A stretch of DNA of 64,000 nt from Octopus vulgaris (Eukaryota): positions 45,260,001 through 45,324,000 of the forward strand of contig OX597814.1 in assembly GCA_951406725.2 (NCBI GenBank), written 5' to 3'. A program made the position numbers and the translations under genes. Of this stretch, positions 55,318 to 64,000 are shown piece after piece (the stretch's first letter is position 1; each line of letters opens with the position of its first letter). The notes below the pieces were generated by a model. That model saw nothing but the letters and a program-made list of their open reading frames with translations. It was not told where the DNA came from and made no database searches.

Positions 55318-55320
<3 letters not shown>
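54052..55320 (+). mobile_element. maT/Bmmar1-type (DD37D) Tc1/mariner DNA transposon, near full length, in (TA)n
   Basis: 26-bp TIRs: CAGGGTGGAGAAACAAAATTTACAAT at left and the reverse complement CAGGGTGGGGAAGCAAAATTTACAAT at right; TA flanks. Confidence 0.92.
54198..55193 (+). pseudogene. DD37D transposase pseudogene
   Basis: MSNQESKCQRMCDLL...IFSGEKIFT (first D replaced by G)...NRRNDR...VMAFGVV...QDGAPEHTA-37 aa-D (WPPSSPDLNPLDY). Stop at 54864-54866 and a small deletion before QDGA. Confidence 0.9.
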
Positions 55321-55385
<65 letters not shown>

Positions 55386-55389
55386 TTTT

Positions 55390-57992
55390 TCGATAATGCC
55401 TAAAAATCGACAGTCTGGTGCCAAGGTACCCAAAAAGTTAAATGTTGTAAACTTTAAATTATCAAGCAACTTGCAAAGATTCCACGATGCTATACAAAGT
55501 ATCAATCTTGATCCAAACAATCTATGGGAAGATTTAAAAACAAAAGTATTTCAGGCTACAAGTTCGTCAGTGGAATTTAAATCACGTAAATCCAGTGACT
55601 GGTTCTCAGATAGATCAGCAGAAAGTCATGACCTACTTTTAGAAAGACAAAACTTAAGCAATACACTTATTTTTCAGTCCTTGAGCTCTAACTCAAACGA
55701 AGCTTACAGAATCCTGAAAGAGAAAGTGCAGACTGCGCTAGGGTAAATTAAACATGAATGGTAGAATGATAAAGCAACAAAAGGAGCACAAGAAGCAGCT
55801 GATAGAAATGCTGCCAAAGGTTTGTACTTTTATGTTAAGGTGGTATATAGCCCAAAATCTTTTTCGATAGCTCCAGTGAGAACAGCAAATGGACGTTTGC
55901 TTCTGACTGACACCGCTTCTATTGACAAGAGCTGGGTAGAACATTTTTCTGCACTTTTGAATAGACCATCATCCGCTGACATGAGAACGATAGAAAAAAT
56001 GGAACTCCTTCCAGTTATAGATGAGATGACATTTGAACCAACTCTAAATGACATTTATTTAGCTGTGAATAACCTGAATAACAATAAGTCTCAAGGGTCT
56101 GATGGAATCTGTGCAGAAGTCTTGAAATACAGGGGTGACAAAATGTTTGAACTCTTAAATATATTAATTTGTCACTGTTGGAGAACTGAGAAAGTGCCTC
56201 AAGACTGGATTGATGCTTGTATAAATCGGGGCCAAAGGATCTGTGTGATAATTTTCGTGGGATTTCGCTTTTGTCTGTGGTTGGAAAGGTACATGCCCGC
56301 ATTTTGTTAGAACGTTTTAATACCTCCATAGTTCCAAATATGGTGTATGAGTCTCAGTGTGGTTTTCACTCCTCCAGGAGCACAGCTGATTGTATATTTA
56401 CTATTAGACGTTAGCAAGAAAAGAGCATTGAACAGAATCGTGCTCTATACCACTGCTTTGTTGATTTGAGCAAAGCATCTGATACTGTTAATTGAAATGC
56501 TCTGTGGCTAATTCAGAAAATTTTGTAAACATGATCAGGGCCTTACATCAAGATATGGAATCTAGAGTTAACTTTGGTGGTAGGCTCTCTGAATCTTTTG
56601 CTGTGGAAAATGGAGTAAAGCAAGGATACCTTAATGCACCCACCCTCTTTGCAATATACTTTGCTGTTGTGTTGTCACCTGCTTTTCAAAACTCTGAGGA
56701 GGGCATTTACATAAAATATCGAACAACAGGGAATGTTTTTAATCTGACCAGAAGGTTTTTACTTCACACATTAGGGAACTTTTATACGCTGACGATTGCG
56801 ATCTTGTCAGTCATTCTGAAACAATCTCTTGTATCTGCATTTGACTCAGCTTGTGATGATTTTTGGCTTGACCATCAGCTTGAAACAAACAGTTGTGATG
56901 CATCAGCCTGCGTATGGTGCTGTTTGTAACCCCCATAAAATTTTTGTTCAGGGTAAGTTACAAGAAGTTTTCGATTCGTTCATCTACTTTGGAAGCTCTA
57001 TACAAAATGATGGAAATCTTGATACAGAAATATAGCTGCGAATTCAAAGGTCAGAAAAAGCATTTGGAGTCACGCGTCTGGTGCCAGCGACATATAAATA
57101 AGAATACAAAGCTGGCTCTTTACAAATTATTTGTCTTACCATCCCTGTTGTATTCTTGTGAATCAGGGACTTGTTATGAAAGGCAGTTTAAATTGTTAGA
57201 ACAATTCCACCAAAAATGCCTTCATCGCATTTTAAACATTAAATGGAGTTCTTTTACTCCAAACACAGATGTCCTCGCATCTGCATGCATTACCTCAATT
57301 AAAGCTATGATTTTAAGGAACCAAATTAGATGGTGTGGTCATATTGTTCGAACTGCGGATGAACACGTGCCGAAACAGCTGTTTTATGGTGAACTTGCAG
57401 AGAGGAAATGCTATCGACGTAAGCCTTAAAAAAGGTTTAAGGACGGCATAAGGACTAGTATGAAGTCACTTGGGATGGGTCAAGAAGACATAGAAACCCT
57501 TGCTTCGGATCGAGGTGGATGGCGAACAAAAGTGTGGAGTGGAGTGAAAGCATTTGAAGAGGCCAGGATAATGCATGTAAGACTCAAAATAGATCAAAGG
57601 AAGAATGTTACGATCGAGAAGGTGAATGGCAATAACCTTCTTTATGTGCACAGTTTGTGACAGACCATGCCTTTCTTTTGCTGGGCTCAAATCTGTGGGT
57701 TCTCATTTGCGAACCCATGGAAAACAAACGTCCGCCAACTATTCTGCCTATATGTCTATGCAGTATATGCCAGAAGGTTTTCAAATCTAACGGAGGCCTC
57801 AAAAGACATTTTAAGATCCACAAAGATCAGAACTTATCTGCAGCTGTTGGTTGTCCAAATTGGATGTGCAATCTATGTGGGTGTCTTTTCAGAACAATCT
57901 TTGGTTTTAAAAGCCACATCAGATGCCATGATGGTGTTAAGATGTAGGTACAAGTGGTGGTAAAACTCTGGATAAGGAGTAGACAACCACCA
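55390..57992 (+). mobile_element. 5'-truncated RTE-clade LINE (RT plus C-terminal C2H2 zinc fingers), defective
   Basis: RKSSDWF, WVEHFSALLN, GSDGICAEVLK, NFRGISLLSVVGK, ESQCGF, FVDLSKA, VENGVKQG..APTLF, LYADD, QIRWCGHIVR..VPKQLFYGEL. Ends in CX2CX12HX3H fingers. Many stops and frameshifts. Confidence 0.92.
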
Positions 57993-58376
57993 TATATATA
58001 CATATATAAATGTATGTATGTATATGTGTATACGTATAAATTTGCTTTAAAATTTAATAGTAGTGGGATATAAGCAATGTGTTTTTGGATAATTAAAGTT
58101 GGTACACAGTTGTTGGTGAAGACTCTTTTAAAGAGTCGAAATATGCATTAAACTGCCACCCACGCCTTCCCCTCTTTCCGCACAAGACACTGTTCCAAAA
58201 ATTGTTTACAACCGTCGTAACACCCGGTGTTGGTTATTAAAAACTGTGAATTACTGCAATGATATAGACATAATGTTAACACACCACCAATTGAACACAC
58301 ACACACACACACACGCATATATATGTATGTATATATATGTTGTTTACTATTGGTGACAACCTGTACCTGTATATGC

Positions 58377-58475
<99 letters not shown>

Positions 58476-58559
58476 TATATATATATATATATATTTATAT
58501 ATTTATACATACTTATATATTATTTAAATTATTATTTGATTGAACGCCACGCATCCATT

Positions 58560-59215
58560 TCCAAGTAAGTTTATCTTAACCTTTTTATGCAACCCTACTC
58601 TATACTGTTTTCTCCCCCTTCGTTTTCTCTCTCATCCTTTCTCTAATTCCTTTTCTCCTCCCCTTCACCGTTTTCTATATGTCTCACTCTCTCTCTCTCC
58701 CCTCTTTCTCCTTTACTCTCTCTTGTTGCTCACGCGGGACCATCATCCATCTTTCTTTTCGTCATGTCATCAACTTTCTTTTCTTTCAGAGATGTCCTAA
58801 GGACTGGACATATCCTATATCTCTCTTCTATCGTTTCTCTTGTCAAAGAAAATATTTCTCCAGCGTTTACTATTTCACCCTCGTTCTAGTCTAACAAGCC
58901 TCCATGTTTGTTTTCTTTCGGTTTCCTTGTATGTCTTCACTGTCCTGTTTTTCTTCCCAACTTTGACCCCTCATAAATCCCAAATTCAATTTTGGTACTT
59001 ATGGGAGCAAATGTCTTCGGAGACTTATATTGTCGTTCAATGCCGAAGTGAGGAGTAGATAGACAGCCGACAGCTGATGAATGGTCGTTCTTTATGTTAC
59101 TTGTCCTTCTTTCCATTTGTTTCACTTATCGTTTGCGTGTTGAACTCATTTGTTTTCGTATTTCATGTTGTTTACTTTTGGTGACGTCCTGTACCCATAT
59201 ATGCATATATATATA
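58560..59215 (+). repeat. Pyrimidine-rich interspersed repeat (possibly Penelope-associated) ending at (TA)n
   Basis: CT-rich body and a CTTCGG/CCGAAG stem followed by CTGATGA (59074-59080). Family identity is inferred. Confidence 0.35.
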
Positions 59216-59300
59216 TATAATACACCTGCTCGTTGTTCATACACCTGTTTTAGTCTTTTGATTTCCTGTAAATTTCAAATATATATTTATATATATATAT

Positions 59301-59774
59301 ACACTCATTATATTAAGGGCTATTACTACACGTAAATGCCTCAGGTTGTTATGGCACTCTGAAGTCAAACTACTTTGATAAATATACACGGCACTGAAAG
59401 CGGTGGAGTGCTACTTGGAAGCTACCTGTATTAATAGCCCTTAATATAATGAATGTATTTATATTTAAAGGGGAAATTTATATATTTTGTATTAATTTTT
59501 TCCTGAACTAGTTTTTCACGCTGGCTACTTGATAAATTCTAATATAGATTTTATCCTTATATATTATTTAAAATTAAACCGGAATATGTATATTTATTAA
59601 TGTAGTTTGACTTCAGAGTTCCATAACAGCGTGAGGCATTTACGTGTAGTAATAGTCCTTAATATAATGAATGTATTTATATTTAAAGGGGAAAATCATA
59701 TATTGTGTATTAATTTATTCCCGAACTGGTTTTTCACGCTGGGTACTTGATAAATTTTTACATAGATTTTATCC

Positions 59775-59776
<2 letters not shown>
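59301..59776. repeat. Combined inverted (59301-59373 vs 59602-59674) and direct (59432-59558 vs 59650-59776) repeat between microsatellites
   Basis: Aligned by eye; direct-repeat period 218 bp. Confidence 0.8.
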
Positions 59777-59839
<63 letters not shown>

Positions 59840-60267
59840 ACAAATGTGTGAACAAAAAATTGTTGCCCTGAATTGAAATTGAATGCACTTAATGCATGTA
59901 TGTTGTTGCAATCTGGAAAGAGAGAAAGATGCATGCATAGATACATGCACACGCACGCACATACATACATACATACATACATACATACATACATACATAC
60001 ATACATACATACACACGTACATACATACATACACACACATACATATACATACATGCATGCATACATACGTACATACATACGTACGTACATACATACATAC
60101 ATACATACATACATACATACATACACACATACATATACATACGTACATACATATATACATGCATACATACACACACACATACATATATACATACATACAT
60201 ATAAACATACATACATACATACATACATACATACATACATACATACATACATACATACATACATACA

Positions 60268-60300
<33 letters not shown>

Positions 60301-60682
60301 TCGTGCATGTGCGAACGCTCGTGTTCTTATTTGTTAACATCTCATTCCTATCGGTACCAGTGGGCAACCCTAAAGAAGCTGCTTTCATGTTTACATAAAC
60401 GAACATGCCTGTTGGACAACAAAATCACCGGTATTTCAACTGAGATGCAACTCATTAACTTCGGTGAAGTCTGAGCCAAATGGACGATCTGTTAGAGTGT
60501 CCTGACACTAAAAATTTATTGACAATGGATTGTTTCGCTTGCTTGGAGTACTTAGTACAAATCATCTTTCTGCTTGGAAAAAAAAATGTGCCAAACCCAC
60601 TTTGGTGAGTAAGTGCACATTTACTCTATTGTTTACAAAGATTTCAGTGAAAATGCAGAAATAATTTCTCATACAGATAGAT

Positions 60683-61111
60683 AAGTTTCTTTATTGGCCA
60701 CACAGGGCTGCACCCAGATGGGACAAGTTACAAGGTAGAGCTTTTCTTTTGGGGGATGAAAAAAAAACAAAAAACAAAAAACAAAGGAAACAAAAAAAGG
60801 TAGCGTAGGATCGTAAAAGGGAAAAAAAGAACAAAAAATGAAAAAAAGAAAAGAAAAAAAGAAGAAAAGGAAAAGGAACAAAAGAAAAGAGAAATGAAAA
60901 AAGGGGTAAAAAAGGGGAAGAGGGAAAAAAACGATCAATAGGGATCGTGTATCACAGTGTTTTGATGTATGGTGTAAAGGGGAAAGCAAGTAAGGTTTAT
61001 CCGTGGGAAGAAAAGCCTACGAAAAAGACCACGGTAGCCTTGGTCAATATTGTTATATGTTACCACATTTGTTTGCAAGTGGGTAGCCCTCTGTTTTCAA
61101 TTTCTGGGTTC

Positions 61112-61112
<1 letters not shown>
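60683..61112 (-). mobile_element. Tx1-like 3' UTR-only copy in (GATA)n
   Basis: Homologous to 38531-38925; truncated at the ORF2 stop codon; followed by (GATA)n. Confidence 0.85.
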
Positions 61113-61208
<96 letters not shown>

Positions 61209-61210
<2 letters not shown>

Positions 61211-61323
61211 GTTTCTTTATTAGCCACACAGGGCTGAAAACAGAGGGGACAAATTACAGAGTAGAGCTTTTCTTTTTGGGGAGAAAAGAAAAAGGTAGGT
61301 TTTCGATCAAAAGGGATCGTAAA

Positions 61324-61324
<1 letters not shown>
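61209..61324 (-). mobile_element. Very short Tx1-like 3' end copy in (GATA)n
   Basis: ATGTTTCTTTATTAGCCACACAGGGCTG...GATCAAAAGGGATCGTAAAA flanked by (GATA)n on both sides. Confidence 0.85.
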
Positions 61325-61404
<80 letters not shown>

Positions 61405-61470
61405 ATAAATTGATAGATAGATAGATAGATATTCATATATAACATACATACGTTCATGTATAACATGTTA

Positions 61471-61676
61471 AGGCGCGTGGCTTAGTGGTTAGGCCATTCG
61501 ACTCACGATCGTAAGGTCGTGATTTCATTTCCCAGCGACGCGTTGTCACGCTGAATCTACCTGCGAATTATATTAAGGGTACACGTGTCTGTAGAGTGCT
61601 CTTGCACTTTAATTTCACGAGCAAGCTGTCTGTTGATCGTATCAGCTGGGACCCTCGTCATCGTATCCGACGGGGT
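61471..61676 (+). mobile_element. SINE family C copy (internally deleted)
   Basis: GGCGCGTGGCTTAGTGGTTAGG head; tail resembles 23400-23525. Confidence 0.7.
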
Positions 61677-61689
61677 GCTCCTCTCTCCT

Positions 61690-62001
61690 CTACATGAGCA
61701 AGCATGTAACGACTTTGGCTTAGCTATCAGCCTTAAGAAGACCAACATCATGGGTCAGGCTACATCGGACATCCCAAACATACATATTGGAGACCACAGA
61801 TTACAAGAGGTGGAGAAGTTTACCTATCTGGGCTCTACCGTCACCTACAACCTATCCCTTGACGCTGAGCTCAATATACGCATTGGCAAGGCAGCTGCTG
61901 CGATGGCCCAACTCTCCAAACGGGCTTGGGACAACAATAAGCCGACCAAGACCACGAAAATGAAGATCTACCAGGCATGTGTACTCAGCACTCTACTGTA
62001 G
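61690..62001 (+). mobile_element. RTE-clade LINE RT C-terminal fragment
   Basis: ACNDFGLAISLKKTNIM...VEKFTYLGSTV...ELNIRIGKAAAAM...KMKIYQACVLSTLL. Confidence 0.85.
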
Positions 62002-62115
62002 ATAGGACTACACAGCCACAGCAGGTAATGTATCAGGACATGAAATTTAAAAGCCGGACTAGACTACTTTATGCGCAACTCCATTGTCTCCCGAGACAAA
62101 AAGGATGCCAACAAC

Positions 62116-62181
<66 letters not shown>

Positions 62182-62597
62182 GTATTCGCCATGATACATC
62201 GCTAGCCACTAGACCTCTTTTTATTTTCTCTCTGTTTATTTCTGTCGAACAGGTAAGATGCATAAAGAATTTCAATTTTAGTGTTTGTCCATAATGTTAT
62301 TGCTTTTACACCAGTTAATTAAATTTACCTGCCCATAAAAGTCAAATTTACTCAACAAGATCAGCTAAAATTACATAACTATAAACCAGAGGTATATAAA
62401 GCACCCACTAACAAAACTTCAAATCTGTATCTAAAAAATTTACAAAATTACAAGCAAATACTGTGGACACCTCTCTTGAAGAAAAAAATTGTAAGAAAAA
62501 AATTTATAATATTCTTCAGACATATTGACTTAAATATATATATTCTTTAACCTTTTAAAACAAGCCTTCTGTAGTGTTTTCACTTTTTACTATTTTC

Positions 62598-62633
<36 letters not shown>

Positions 62634-62636
62634 TAT

Positions 62637-62695
<59 letters not shown>

Positions 62696-62735
62696 GTATG
62701 TATGTATATATATATATATATATATATATACATAC

Positions 62736-62770
<35 letters not shown>

Positions 62771-62786
62771 TGTATGTTTGTATGTA

Positions 62787-62920
62787 GGCACAGGCGTAGC
62801 TGTATGGTTAGAAGGTTGGTTCTCAGCTATAAGGTTCCGGGTTCAGTCCCACTGTGTGGCACTTAGGGCGTCTTCTACTATAGCCACAGACCGACCAGAT
62901 CTTTGTGTGTAGATTTGGTA

Positions 62921-62963
<43 letters not shown>

Positions 62964-63160
62964 TCATCACCGCTTGACCTGGTGATAGTGTTTTTGCGTC
63001 CCCGTAACTTGGCAGTTCGACAAAACAGACAGGTAGAATAAGTACCAGGCTTACAGAAAAAAAAAGTTCTGAGGTCGATTCATTCGACTAAAACTCTTCA
63101 ATGCGGTGCCCCTGCATGGCCGCAATCTAATGACTGACGCATGTAAAAGATAGATAAACG
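62787..63160 (+). mobile_element. SINE family B copy
   Basis: GGCACAGGCGTAGCTGTATGG...GGTTCAGTCCCACTGTGTGGCAC...GCGGTGCCCCTGCATGGCCGC. Confidence 0.8.
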
Positions 63161-64000
63161 TTAAAAAGATATACAGTGGAACTGTGTACTTTAAGATGTG
63201 CTGAATGCCAAAACTATACCAAAAAGCGATTTGGTTTGGAAGTTGACTGACGTGTAGACAGTTTGACTGAAACAGCATATGTGGTTGTTTTGCAGCAAGG
63301 GGGCTGATTAGACAGGGTGGCGGTTGAACTTGTAATCCTTCGATTGTTAGAAATACATTTTCTCTCCAGAAAAAAAAAAAACTTTCTTATATAAAATTCA
63401 TATTAATTGTTCGGATTCTTCCTTCCGTTAAGAATTTAGTCGTTCCATCTGGCATGTTCCTCATTGGTAATGGCCTTCCTGTTGTTGCTGTTGTTGTTAG
63501 TTGGTGGTGGTGGTGGTGGTGGTGGTGGTGGTACTATTGCTGTTACTGTTATTGCTGCTGCTGCTACTACCGCTGCTGCTGCTAATAGTATTTATGGTTT
63601 AGAGTTAAGTGGAATATTGAGTCGTGACAGCCTTAAGATAACACTGTCGTTTTGTTGTTATAGTATGGTTGTTCTATAGTAGATGCTACTGCGGCCACTG
63701 CTGCTACTGTTGTTTCTGTTGTTTCTGTTGTTTGTTTGTTTTTTTTTCTTTTTAGAAATGTTTATTTTTTTGTTGTTGTTGTTGTTGTTTCGTTAACGTT
63801 GTTGCTGTTGTTTCAATTTTTTTTCTCTCTCTCTTTTCTTTTAATCCTATAAACAAATAATTCCTTCACCACCACCACCACCGCCGCCACCGATTCCACC
63901 ACCGCCGCCACCACCCTCACTATCACCATCACCAACAACAACTATCTTCATCCCCAGCTTAATAATACTGCTTTACCAAATAGTTTTAATGGAAAATATA

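Noticed and set aside
57657-57947. Stand-alone C2H2 zinc-finger gene
   Set aside because: It is collinear with, and directly continues, the RTE ORF, so it is part of the retrotransposon.

Overview
AT-rich, repeat-saturated eukaryotic DNA, intergenic or intronic. The SINE families and the density of (TA)n, (CA)n, (TACA)n, (GATA)n and (AAT)n microsatellites suggest an Octopus-type cephalopod genome (inference). I found no convincing host protein-coding exon; almost all listed ORFs are translated microsatellites or decayed transposon fragments. DNA transposons: three full-length but mutated Tc1/mariner elements (mariner 3330-4614, IR/DR-type DD34E Tc1 18481-20107, DD37D maT 54052-55320) and a MITE. 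Retroelements: an RTE LINE with C-terminal C2H2 zinc fingers, several R4/Dong relics, Tx1-clade 3' ends always embedded in (GATA)n, Penelope-like (PLE) relics and many tRNA-derived SINEs. The most notable signal is a set of type I hammerhead ribozymes (HHRs) read directly from the sequence. A very young 535-bp unit is arranged in tandem and then inverted (36794-38333) and carries three intact HHRs, consistent with a retrozyme or PLE pseudo-LTR array able to yield unit-length (possibly circular) RNA and a ~626-bp dsRNA hairpin. A TSD-flanked tRNA-head SINE ends in a minimal HHR (4713-5780). Further HHRs occur in unrelated repeat families (15894, 18119, 49887). All structures and alignments were done by eye; coordinates of decayed relics are approximate.
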